From Gemmatimonadota bacterium (GTDB lineage Bacteria > JBHIER01 > G020348925), in contig CP070758.1 of assembly GCA_020348925.1 (NCBI GenBank), forward strand, positions 3,549,688 to 3,613,687: DNA of 64,000 bases, written 5' to 3'. Positions 10,337-19,822 of this stretch are shown in pieces. Each line of letters starts with the position of its first letter. Position 1 is the first letter of the stretch. The notes below the pieces were generated by a model that saw only the letters and a list, made by a program, of their open reading frames with translations, had not been told where the DNA came from and did no database searches. The position numbers and the translations under genes are program-made.

Positions 10337-12103
10337 ATGAACCCGGCACATCAGAATAATAAAAAAAAGAGAATTACGGTATCAAGTGTCGGCTATGTCT
10401 TGAAGGAGATTATCTGGCCGCGCAAGAAACTGGTGTTTGTGGGGATGATTCTCATCATCATCAACCGTCTTTCAGGGCTTGTACTGCCTGGCGCGGGAAA
10501 GTATCTCATCGACGAGGTCATTTCCAAATCGAACACGTCACTGTTGTATCCGCTGCTTTTTGCCGTCGGCGGTGCTGTGTTCGTTCAGTCCGTCTCCTCC
10601 TTTGCCCTCACCCGGTTGTTGAGCGTCGAGGCGCAGCACCTCATCTCCGTCTTACGGTCGAAGGTCCAGAAGCATATCATCTTTCTTCCCCTGCGATTTT
10701 TCGACAACACCAAAACAGGCGAACTGGTCTCGAGAATCATGACCGATGTGGAGGGCGTGCGCAACCTGGTGGGGACAGGACTGGTACAGCTTTTTGGCGG
10801 TATCCTGACATCAATCGTAGCCCTGTCCCTGCTGATTCGGATCAATCCGCTGATGACGCTGTATGTCTTGGTGCCGTTGATTGTTTTCGGTCTGGTGTCG
10901 CTCAAGGCCTTTGGTTTTATCCGCCCTATTTTTCGCGAGAGAGGAAAGATCAATGCCGAGGTTACAGGTCGTCTAACGGAATCGCTGAGCGGTATCCGCG
11001 TGATCAAAGGGTTCAATGCGGAGAATTATGAAATCGGTGTGTTTGCCAAGGGCGTCGAACGTCTGTATCTGAATGTGAAAAAATCGTTAACGGCAACGAG
11101 CCTCGTGACATCCTCGGCGACACTTTTGCTCGGGATCGCCAGCGTCGTCATCATGGGCCTGGGGACCACAATGATTTTAAACGGTAACATGACGATCGGT
11201 GATTTTTTCGCTTTTTCCCTGTACCTCGGCTTCTTGATTGCGCCCATAGTACAGATGAGCAATATCGGCAGTCAGATGACCGAGTCATTTGCCGGTCTCG
11301 ACCGCACCGAAGAGATAATGAACACGGTCATAGAAGGGGAGGAGCCGGAACGGATCCACACGTTTGACACGATCAAGGGTTGCGTTGTGTTTGAGGACGT
11401 GAGCTTTTCCTATGACAGGGACACACCTGTTGTGAAGGATATTTCCTTTTCAGCGCCCGCCGGTTCGGTCATTGCGCTTGTCGGTTCATCCGGCTCGGGG
11501 AAAACGACCATCGCCGGTCTGGCCGCCTCGTTTTTTATGCCGGACAGAGGCAAAATCACGGTGGACGGCATCGATCTCTCCACGGTCAGGCTGGAGAGCT
11601 ACCGTTCCCATCTGGGTGTTGTTCTGCAGGACGAATTTTTATACGAAGGCACCATTGCCGAGAATATTCTCTTTTCAAAACCCCAGGCGACAAAAGAGGA
11701 ATTACTGGCAGCCGTGGCTGCGGCACACGTCGATGAATTTACCGAGCGCTTTGAAAACGGCTTGGATACACTCATCGGTGAACGGGGCGTCAAATTGTCC
11801 GGCGGTCAAAGACAGCGGGTGGCTCTTGCCAGAGCCATACTTGCCGATCCGAGAATATTGATTCTCGATGAAGCGACGTCCAACCTGGATACAGAGAGCG
11901 AGCTCTTTATTCAGGAGAGCATGGCGAAACTGATGAAAGGCAGAACGACATTTGTCATCGCCCACAGGCTCAGCACGATCAGAGAGGCGGATCAGATTCT
12001 GGTCGTTGAGGACGGACGGATTGCCGAACAGGGAGACCATAAAGATCTGATTAAGTTAAAGGGTCGCTATTATCAATTGTACAAGTACCAGGCCAGGATA
12101 TAA
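10337..12103 (+). CDS. ABC transporter ATP-binding/permease (MdlB/MsbA-like)
   Basis: GSSGSGKTT, LSGGQRQR, ILDEATS, IAHRLST. Confidence 0.92.
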   Translation: MNPAHQNNKKKRITVSSVGYVLKEIIWPRKKLVFVGMILIIINRLSGLVLPGAGKYLIDEVISKSNTSLLYPLLFAVGGAVFVQSVSSFALTRLLSVEAQHLISVLRSKVQKHIIFLPLRFFDNTKTGELVSRIMTDVEGVRNLVGTGLVQLFGGILTSIVALSLLIRINPLMTLYVLVPLIVFGLVSLKAFGFIRPIFRERGKINAEVTGRLTESLSGIRVIKGFNAENYEIGVFAKGVERLYLNVKKSLTATSLVTSSATLLLGIASVVIMGLGTTMILNGNMTIGDFFAFSLYLGFLIAPIVQMSNIGSQMTESFAGLDRTEEIMNTVIEGEEPERIHTFDTIKGCVVFEDVSFSYDRDTPVVKDISFSAPAGSVIALVGSSGSGKTTIAGLAASFFMPDRGKITVDGIDLSTVRLESYRSHLGVVLQDEFLYEGTIAENILFSKPQATKEELLAAVAAAHVDEFTERFENGLDTLIGERGVKLSGGQRQRVALARAILADPRILILDEATSNLDTESELFIQESMAKLMKGRTTFVIAHRLSTIREADQILVVEDGRIAEQGDHKDLIKLKGRYYQLYKYQARI

Positions 12104-12304
12104 CTCGAAGTCGAATCTCAATACATTTGAATTAGGGTATGCGGGATAAACTTTTCATAAGGTAGCCGAAACTCCTGAGGGGCTACATATGAAATCAGAT
12201 TCCATGGCAGGATTAAAAATTCGAATGAGAGAGGCGGGTAGTCAATGCGCAAACAGCCGTAAATTTCACGGCCCAACTTTCCATAATTCAATAATTAAGG
12301 AGAA

Positions 12305-13360
12305 ATGAAGATGGCTTTGGTAATACTGATTCTAAAAGTTATTGGTATTCTTGTCGGATTATTTGTCCTTGAACTGGCGTTCGTGGCCTTTATCCCTGGC
12401 TTTTCGGTTCCAGAGCAACGCCTGGAAAGATCGAATCAGCAGTTGAAGAGTGTGGACGCAAAACTGCCCTCGTCAAGAAAGGATGTAAGCTTCAAGGTTA
12501 AAGGAACATCATTAAGCGCATGGCTGTTCGTGCCTGAGAATGTGTCCGCACCGGTTCCCTGCATCATTATGGGACATGGTCTCGGAGGCACCAAGGATAT
12601 GGGTCTCGAATCGTATGCTGTGCGTTATCAGGAAGCAGGCTTCGCAGTGCTCGCATTCGATTACCGATATTTTGGCGAAAGCGGGGGCCAACCTCGACAG
12701 TTGATCTGGATCCCGTACCAACTTGAAGATTATGCAGCAGCGATCGAGTATGCGCGGGGTCTCAAGGAGATCGATCCGGCAAGAATTGCCCTGTGGGGCA
12801 CCTCTTTCAGCGGCGGGCATGTTATCGTAACTGCTGCAAAAAATCACAACGTTGCGTGTGTCGTCGCACAATGTCCCTGGCTGGATGGTTTCGCGGCAGC
12901 AAGGATTGGATATAAAATACAAGGCCTCAGAAAGGGTCTTCGCATGATAATGCACGGACAACGTGACATGGTCAGATCCTGGTTCGGTCTTTCGCCCCAT
13001 AAAATACCTATCGTGGGCAAGCCGGGGAGTGTTGCCATGTTGGCTTTTTCAGAAGCGTATGAAGCTCTCGAAAAACTTGCACCGGAGAGTTTTATTAACG
13101 AAGCCTGTGCTCGTATCATGATACGGATGGACAAATACAGGCCGATCAAAAAGGCCCAGCACGTGCGTTGCCCGCTTCTGCTTCAAATTTGTGATCATGA
13201 CGAACCAGTCCCGATGAGCGTCATTGAAGAAGCTGCATGTAAAATGGGAGGTGGGTCAGAAGTGAAACACTATCCGATCGGCCACTTTGATATCTACACC
13301 GGAAATTATTTCGAAAAAGCCGTAAGCGATCAGCTTGATTTCTTCACGAGACATCTCTGA
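12305..13360 (+). CDS. Alpha/beta hydrolase with N-terminal membrane anchor
   Basis: HGLGG, FDYRYFGESGG, nucleophile GTSFSGG, C-terminal GHFDIY. Confidence 0.85.
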   Translation: MKMALVILILKVIGILVGLFVLELAFVAFIPGFSVPEQRLERSNQQLKSVDAKLPSSRKDVSFKVKGTSLSAWLFVPENVSAPVPCIIMGHGLGGTKDMGLESYAVRYQEAGFAVLAFDYRYFGESGGQPRQLIWIPYQLEDYAAAIEYARGLKEIDPARIALWGTSFSGGHVIVTAAKNHNVACVVAQCPWLDGFAAARIGYKIQGLRKGLRMIMHGQRDMVRSWFGLSPHKIPIVGKPGSVAMLAFSEAYEALEKLAPESFINEACARIMIRMDKYRPIKKAQHVRCPLLLQICDHDEPVPMSVIEEAACKMGGGSEVKHYPIGHFDIYTGNYFEKAVSDQLDFFTRHL

Positions 13361-13530
13361 GACATGGATGGAGACGATCCGATCTGTTTTAGCCCATTTG
13401 CTTTTCCATGTGAATCCTCCCGAATTCGTAAGCACAACTTGAATCTCCAACGTAGCCTGAGCATGTGTTGCATTTCGGATAAGATGAGTTCTTCATAAGT
13501 GTTGTAAACAATTTGAGTTGAATAAATTTC

Positions 13531-13559
13531 TTGACTTATCTCAGGAATCGAACTATACT
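13531..13559 (+). promoter_or_regulatory. sigma70-type promoter of hutH
   Basis: TTGACT-N17-TATACT. Confidence 0.6.
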
Positions 13560-13635
13560 ATGATCTCTTTGAAACCCCGGGATAAGAGCCCCCGGCCGAA
13601 TTTCACAATAGGAATCAAAATTATGGAGGTAAAGA

Positions 13636-15162
13636 ATGCCAGTTCGTGTTGACGGAGATCATCTCACTATCGAAGATGTCGTTCGAGTGGCCCGGGAAAA
13701 CGAGGAAGTCCAGATCCCACAAGAAATCATAGATAAAATCCTCGAAAACAGAGCGATTGTTGAGAAAAAGATTGAAGAACAGGCTGTCATGTATGGGGTT
13801 ACAACTGGCATCGGGGAGCTTTCCGAAGTTGTGTTGACGCCCGAGCAGACCCGCGATTTTCAGAAATACCTCATTTACAGCCATGCTGCCGGTTGCGGCG
13901 AGCCGGTCCCCGTCGATGCAGCACGGGCGGCTATTCTGAGCAGGATCAATGTCCTCTCCAATGGAAGATCAGGTGTCCGGCCCCTCATTGTTCAAACGCT
14001 TGTGAACATGTTGAACCGGGGTGTCACCCCGGTCATGTGTCAGCGGGGATCGGTTGGGGCGTGCGGGGATCTTTCCCCCATGGCCCAGATGGCCCTTGTC
14101 CCCATGGGTGAGGGTGAGGCCTTTTATCAGGGTGAGCGCATGAACGGTAAGACGGCCATGGAGAAGGCGGGTATTCCCATCATTGAGTACGAGGCACGCG
14201 ACGGATTGGCCACCATCAACGGATCGAACGTCATCACCGGTATGGGGTCTCTTCAGCTCTACGATGCGGAGCGCTGGCTCAAGACCTCTGAAATTGCTGC
14301 AGCCATGACGCTCGATGCCCTCAACGCCAATATGCTGGCCTATGACGAGAGGATCCACAAGGCGCGAGGGTATCAGGGAGCCATCGAATGTGCCGAGAAT
14401 ATCAGACGGCTTGTCGAGGGCAGCGATTACCTGAAAGAGAAGGGAAAAAAAGTTCAGGATGCTTACAGCCTGAGAAGCACACCTCAGGTTGTCGGTGCGG
14501 CCAAGGACACGCTTCAATTTTCAAGGGGGATGTTTCTTACGGAACTGAACGGTGTGGGTGACAACCCGATTTTCTTTCCGGATGATGGGGGGACGGTCAT
14601 CACCGGTGCGAACTTTCAGGGGACGCCCCTGGCCTTCGGTCTGGAGTTTCTGGGGACGGCCGTGACTACTGTGGCTGCTCTGTCAGAGAGAAGAACCAAC
14701 AGGCTGCTCAATCCCAATCTCAGCATGGGGCTCCCTGCCTTTCTCACGAAGGGGGCAGGCATGTTCGCCGGACTCATGCTCACTCAGTACACAGCCGGAA
14801 TGCTCGTCTCCGAGAATCGAGTGCTCAGTCATCCTGCTGCCACCGGGTCGATCCCGGCGGCTGCTGACCAGGAAGATTTCGTCAGCATGGGTATGACAAC
14901 CGCCATCAAAACGAGACAGATCATCGATAACGCCAATGGGGTTCTTGCCATCGAACTGATGGCCGCGGCCCAGGCCCTTGATTTCAGGAAACCGTGGAAG
15001 CACGGTCCCGGTATTCAGGCAGCATATGATGCTGTTCGAAGACATGTCGATCATTTGGAGGAAGATCGACCCCTCTACGACGATATCAATCAACTTACCG
15101 CAGAGGTGAAATCCGGTCAAATTCTTAAGGAAGTGGAAAAGGCCATCGGACCTTTGAAGTGA
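13636..15162 (+). CDS. hutH: Histidine ammonia-lyase (MIO-dependent aromatic amino acid lyase family)
   Basis: YGVTTGIG, LIYSHAAG (His-type SH), GSVGACGDLSPM, QDAYSLRSTPQV, ANFQG, QEDFVSMG. Confidence 0.85.
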   Translation: MPVRVDGDHLTIEDVVRVARENEEVQIPQEIIDKILENRAIVEKKIEEQAVMYGVTTGIGELSEVVLTPEQTRDFQKYLIYSHAAGCGEPVPVDAARAAILSRINVLSNGRSGVRPLIVQTLVNMLNRGVTPVMCQRGSVGACGDLSPMAQMALVPMGEGEAFYQGERMNGKTAMEKAGIPIIEYEARDGLATINGSNVITGMGSLQLYDAERWLKTSEIAAAMTLDALNANMLAYDERIHKARGYQGAIECAENIRRLVEGSDYLKEKGKKVQDAYSLRSTPQVVGAAKDTLQFSRGMFLTELNGVGDNPIFFPDDGGTVITGANFQGTPLAFGLEFLGTAVTTVAALSERRTNRLLNPNLSMGLPAFLTKGAGMFAGLMLTQYTAGMLVSENRVLSHPAATGSIPAAADQEDFVSMGMTTAIKTRQIIDNANGVLAIELMAAAQALDFRKPWKHGPGIQAAYDAVRRHVDHLEEDRPLYDDINQLTAEVKSGQILKEVEKAIGPLK

Positions 15163-15372
15163 GGAATAAAAATCTCAGAGGTTACGCCGGCCAATTCGTG
15201 GCCTCTGAAAGAAGAGAGATATCCCACGGGAAGGGATTTTCCCAAACGTCAATCAATTCTTTTTTATCATTTAGCCACAAAAGCGCACAAAATTGCGCAA
15301 AATATGTAACCACTAACTGGAGAGGGCCTCGTACGATACAGGTATCGTAACCCCAACCCCTGGACGTTTTCA

Positions 15373-15759
15373 TTATGTCTCTGTGACTTTTTTACCTTCG
15401 AAGATGGCCTGACCTTCAGGGGATAGCAGTACGTAGAGGGTGTAAATACCCAAGGCGGTCCCGAAGGGGATGGATAACAGGTTCAGTGCCGCAAGAATGA
15501 ATCCGAGAATTCGGCCCCACTGTTGATGTTTCAGTATGCCTATGCCGACAATTATGTCGGGAAGTGAAAGGATCAGAAAAAGCCCGGTGATAAAAGTGGC
15601 GATAATGGTAAGGATACTCAACGCTTCGGGTTCTCCGCCTTCGATTTTGGCGATGAGACCCGCTCCGATCAAGAGAGATGCGACGAACAGCCCGATGATC
15701 AAACCCATGGCACCCCATACAATCCATAAAATTCCGACGACCTTAACATGACCTGTCAT
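15373..15759 (-). CDS. Small integral membrane protein
   Basis: Three to four TM segments, W.R.LG and LLSIPFGTALGIY motif; SD AGGAGG. Confidence 0.75.
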   Translation of the reverse strand: MTGHVKVVGILWIVWGAMGLIIGLFVASLLIGAGLIAKIEGGEPEALSILTIIATFITGLFLILSLPDIIVGIGILKHQQWGRILGFILAALNLLSIPFGTALGIYTLYVLLSPEGQAIFEGKKVTET

Positions 15760-15875
15760 ACGTCACCTCCTTCTCTTCTTGAACTCTCATATTGAAACCT
15801 ATCTCTCTCAGAGAGCCTTTTTCGCTCATGAGAAAGCGAATAGGACTCCCGGTACAATGTGGATTTTTCCCGTTT

Positions 15876-16607
15876 TTAAGTAACTCTCATAACACCCAAG
15901 TGCTTCCTGATAAACTTGAGGATGCACCATTCGTATTTAGAACCATCGATTACTCTGAAAAAAGCTTCAGATACCGGGTGTGGATGATCCTGGCTCGTTT
16001 CATCCATTTTTCTGTTCTTGTCGACATCATGAACCAGAATGAAACCGCCCGGACGCATCATGGGAAGCCCCTTCTCAATATCCGTCAAAGCACCTTCATA
16101 GGTATGATCACCATCGACTAAATAAGTTTCAACTTTCCCCCTGAAAACTTCGGCAATGTGGGGAACGATCGCTTTTGAATCGCCGTTGTGCAGCTCAAGA
16201 TGTTCATCAGCTATGCCGGTCTCGATGAGATTTCTTCTTGCGATTGCAGGGTATGTACCCTCCGAATAACTGTCGTTGTCGATACAGATAAGTTTTCCCC
16301 TGCCGTTTTCAACGATGGCCTTCGCCCACCCTACGGCCGTTCCACCCAAGTGTGTTCCAACTTCAACAATACAGTGGGGTTTGTAGTACTTGGCAAAGGC
16401 ATACACGAATCGTCCGAATCGGGGGTGATCCCTACAACGAACGTCCTTCGCGGTCGAAGGCGGTGAACCTTGAAAGTTCGGTGCAATATCGTAGGGCGCT
16501 GACAAAAACAGATCGAACACCTCTCGATCAAAACAGAGGGTGCCCTCTATACGACGGAGCCCCAAATATTTCAGAAAAATTTTCTCAATGAATCTCATAC
16601 GCGTCAC
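15876..16607 (-). CDS. Class I SAM-dependent methyltransferase (Methyltransf_24-like)
   Basis: IVEVGTHLGGT, GDS, LVDGDHTYEG, GGFILVHD. Confidence 0.85.
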   Translation of the reverse strand: MTRMRFIEKIFLKYLGLRRIEGTLCFDREVFDLFLSAPYDIAPNFQGSPPSTAKDVRCRDHPRFGRFVYAFAKYYKPHCIVEVGTHLGGTAVGWAKAIVENGRGKLICIDNDSYSEGTYPAIARRNLIETGIADEHLELHNGDSKAIVPHIAEVFRGKVETYLVDGDHTYEGALTDIEKGLPMMRPGGFILVHDVDKNRKMDETSQDHPHPVSEAFFRVIDGSKYEWCILKFIRKHLGVMRVT

Positions 16608-16757
16608 ACTATTATCCTATTGAAAAAATACAATAGCGCTTTGCCTAAAAATATGTAAGGCGCTTCAGGAAGCAACGTTTTTTTCTCGGAAAGATGAATA
16701 CCAGACGGATACTGTTACATATGAGAAAGAGACGGATTTTAAGGTGTTGAGAGGGGA

Positions 16758-17093
16758 TTAGGCGAAACTGGCGATTGCCGTTTCAAGCGTCTCGTAGTGG
16801 GAAAACAGATTATCCATTTTAAGAAGCTGCATAATGGTGCCGATTCGTCCGCAGCAGCGAGCTAATTTGAGATCACCGCTCATATTTCTGAGCCTGGTGA
16901 GTACGTCCACCAGTACTCCAATTCCGGCAGCGTTGATCCATTTCACTTCTTGCAAGTCCACGACAATTTTTCTCAGATCTTTCGAGAGGAGTTCTTCCAG
17001 GGTTGCTCGAAATTCCGTCGTCTCCGGCCCCCCCATGATTACGCCCTGTGGCTCTAAAATAACTATGTCTTTCAAATGTTTTGTAGTAATCAT
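16758..17093 (-). CDS. STAS-domain anti-sigma factor antagonist
   Basis: KIVVDLQEVKWINAAGIGVLV...GDLKL, 111 aa. Confidence 0.85.
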   Translation of the reverse strand: MITTKHLKDIVILEPQGVIMGGPETTEFRATLEELLSKDLRKIVVDLQEVKWINAAGIGVLVDVLTRLRNMSGDLKLARCCGRIGTIMQLLKMDNLFSHYETLETAIASFA

Positions 17094-17260
17094 GGCACTT
17101 CCCTTTCAATTCCACTGTTCAATCTTTATGACGATCCGAAATGCGGAAAAGTTGCAAACATTTCTTGAACCGAATGGCAGGAGCCTGGCCTGAAAACTGA
17201 GAAGCGGATGCATCGGGAAGAATGAGCGTGGATAGGCTCGAACTTCTTTTGAAAGGGGAA

Positions 17261-17767
17261 TTAAAAACTGTGGATCACTTTTCCGATGACGTGTCGAACG
17301 TCGAGCATACCGTCGAAACGGCTGTCAAAATCGGTAGCCGCGCCTCGATTGTCACCCATTACGAAGATGGACCTTGGAGAGACGGTATAGGGGCCCCAGT
17401 TGTTCCAGACATCGACCTCGGGGGGCCAATCGATTGTATCGGGTGGTGCTGGAAAAAGATAGGGTTCGTGCAGTACTGAGCCGTTTATGTGGACGAGGCC
17501 TTCTCTCATCTCGATGGTGTCGCCGCCGATCGCAACACATCGCCTCCCATAGCTTCTCTTGCCTTGACGTGGATCTTTAAAGATGACAATCTCTCCTCTA
17601 TGGGGGTTACGGAATTTGTAGATCGGTTTGAAAACGAGAACGCGGTCACCCGGTTCTATGGTCGGACTCATGACGTCACCCGGTATATAGTACATCTGAA
17701 AGATCCATATGCGGACGGCGACGAATAGAAGGAGAAGGATGAAAATAAATCCGAGTTTCCTTTTCAT
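17261..17767 (-). CDS. Signal peptidase I (S26) homolog with substituted catalytic residues
   Basis: One TM, IPGDVMSPT..PGDRVLV.K, RGEIVIF, YGRRCVAIGGD, FVMGDNR...DSR. Confidence 0.8.
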   Translation of the reverse strand: MKRKLGFIFILLLLFVAVRIWIFQMYYIPGDVMSPTIEPGDRVLVFKPIYKFRNPHRGEIVIFKDPRQGKRSYGRRCVAIGGDTIEMREGLVHINGSVLHEPYLFPAPPDTIDWPPEVDVWNNWGPYTVSPRSIFVMGDNRGAATDFDSRFDGMLDVRHVIGKVIHSF

Positions 17768-17845
17768 GATTATGCAACCTGTGTTGGAAGGTTGTGAGAC
17801 CCTCGTATAATTTCAATGTCTTTCCTTGCGCGATCTCTGTCAGAA

Positions 17846-19642
17846 TCACTCTCCTGGGAACTTTCTTCTGACCATTTCTCTATTGTAGGCACCTATGAGA
17901 TCCTCGTGGGTGAGGTATCCCAAAACTTTGTCTTTGATTTGAGGATCAACTACAGGAATCATGCCATAGTCCGATTCGATAAATTTGAGATTGGCACTGT
18001 AGAGATCCTCGTCAGGTGTAACGACCACCAATCTCGTCATGAGATCGGCGGCGATGACCAGTTCGTGAAGTCCGTTCTCAAGGAAAATGGTGCGAATGTC
18101 TCTCAATGAGATGATTCCCCGGAGCTCATGTTTTTCGTTGATGACGGGAAAATAGGTTTCCGATCTTTGGGAGATCATTTTCAGGAGATCCCTGACAGGC
18201 GTATGCTCGTAAACCAGTGGGACGTCCTCCTGAGGAGTGAAGGCATCACGCACTTTGATCTGTTCGAGGATATTGACGGTGAAATCGCCGATGTGGGCCG
18301 GTGAATCCTTCTGAGCCGGGACCTGCTTTTCGTAGATGGACCACCGTCGTCCGAAAAGAAAAGCTGTGGCCGAGACAAGCATCATGGGTACCAGCAAGCC
18401 GTATCCACCGGTCATTTCACAGACCATGAAGAGGGCTGAGATGGGAACGTTGGCCGCCCCTGCAAAAAAAGCGCCCATGCCTACAACAACAAAAGCCGTC
18501 GGTTGTGTAATACTCTGCGGAAAGAGACTTTGGCTTGCCAGCCCGAAGGCACCGCCCAGCATACCTCCGATGAACAGAGAAGGAGCGAACACGCCGCCGC
18601 TTCCACCTGAGCTGATGGTGAACCCGGTAGCCAACATCTTCAGCAGACCGAGGGTCAACAGCAACTGGATGGTGAGCTCGCCATTGATGGCCTGCTGCAC
18701 CCAGCCGTAGCCCATGCCCAGAACCTGAGGGAAGAAAAAACCGAGCACACCCAAGAGAAGACCGCCCAGAGCCGGCTTGAAATGGCTCTTGATCGGTATG
18801 CGGTGAAAGAAGTCGCGTAGCCCGTAGAAGATTTTTATGTAGAGCCCTCCCATGAGGGCGCAAAACACCCCTAAGATGGCATAGAAGATCAGTTCCACGG
18901 GATGTGTGAACTTAAATTCGGCTGAGGAGAAGAGCCTGCCCCAGCCGTGAAAAGAGGAGAAAATGGAGTAGGCCACGATTGAGGAGATGACGGATGGAAT
19001 GATGGCTCCTGCCTCAATATCCTCTTTGTAGAGCACCTCCGCACTGAAAATGGCACCTCCGAGTGGGGTTTTGAAGATGCTTCCTATTCCGCCCGCGGCA
19101 CCGGCGATGACCATCTGCCGACGCTCGTGGCTGGTGAGTTTCAGCCTCGTGGCCAGAAAGGAACCGAACCCGGCACCGATCTGGGCAATGGGTCCCTCAC
19201 GACCCGCGCTTCCGCCGGACCCGATTGTGAGGATGGATGAAATAGTCTTTATAACCGGCACCCTCTTACGAATAATGCCCCGTTGATTATGGAATGAATC
19301 GATGACGGCGTCGGTACCGTGTCCTTCGGCCTCTGGCGCAAAGGTGTAGACGAGCAAACCGGCCAGCAAACCACCGATGGCCGGAACGAAAAGAAAGGCC
19401 CAGCGACGGTATTCCCCCACAATGGGTGAACTCATCACTTCGCCGCCCGGAGAAGGGGGAACATAGCCGCACAGGAAATTCATGAAGAAGATGTTGCTCC
19501 ACTCCAGAAGGTAGAAAAAGATGACTGCCCCGAACCCGGCCACAACACCGATTGATATTCCGATCAGCAGCCACTTGCCCGAGAGCCGGAGCTCATACCC
19601 TCCGGTTCGAAGCCCTAAGAATCGTTTTTGCGGAAACCTCAA
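17846..19642 (-). CDS. CLC-family chloride channel/transporter with two CBS domains
   Basis: PEAEGHGTD, GSAGREGP, GGVFAPS, C-terminal CBS pair. Confidence 0.93.
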   Translation of the reverse strand: MRFPQKRFLGLRTGGYELRLSGKWLLIGISIGVVAGFGAVIFFYLLEWSNIFFMNFLCGYVPPSPGGEVMSSPIVGEYRRWAFLFVPAIGGLLAGLLVYTFAPEAEGHGTDAVIDSFHNQRGIIRKRVPVIKTISSILTIGSGGSAGREGPIAQIGAGFGSFLATRLKLTSHERRQMVIAGAAGGIGSIFKTPLGGAIFSAEVLYKEDIEAGAIIPSVISSIVAYSIFSSFHGWGRLFSSAEFKFTHPVELIFYAILGVFCALMGGLYIKIFYGLRDFFHRIPIKSHFKPALGGLLLGVLGFFFPQVLGMGYGWVQQAINGELTIQLLLTLGLLKMLATGFTISSGGSGGVFAPSLFIGGMLGGAFGLASQSLFPQSITQPTAFVVVGMGAFFAGAANVPISALFMVCEMTGGYGLLVPMMLVSATAFLFGRRWSIYEKQVPAQKDSPAHIGDFTVNILEQIKVRDAFTPQEDVPLVYEHTPVRDLLKMISQRSETYFPVINEKHELRGIISLRDIRTIFLENGLHELVIAADLMTRLVVVTPDEDLYSANLKFIESDYGMIPVVDPQIKDKVLGYLTHEDLIGAYNREMVRRKFPGE

Positions 19643-19822
19643 GCTTATTTAATTCCTCAGGTTTAACATTCCACGTCCCAAATCCAAAATCAAAACAGAA
19701 ACCTATAATTCAAAATCCAAAACTCAAAATCCTAAAAAGTGACTCCAATATTAATGTTTCGAGACCCTTGACGCAAGAGATTCTTTCGTGTGTATTTCTG
19801 TCAGTGCGGTTTCTTCAAGATT

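Noticed and set aside
19675-19738. AAAATCC-like short repeats between clc and rlmI
   Set aside because: Too degenerate to define a unit; common low-complexity intergenic sequence.
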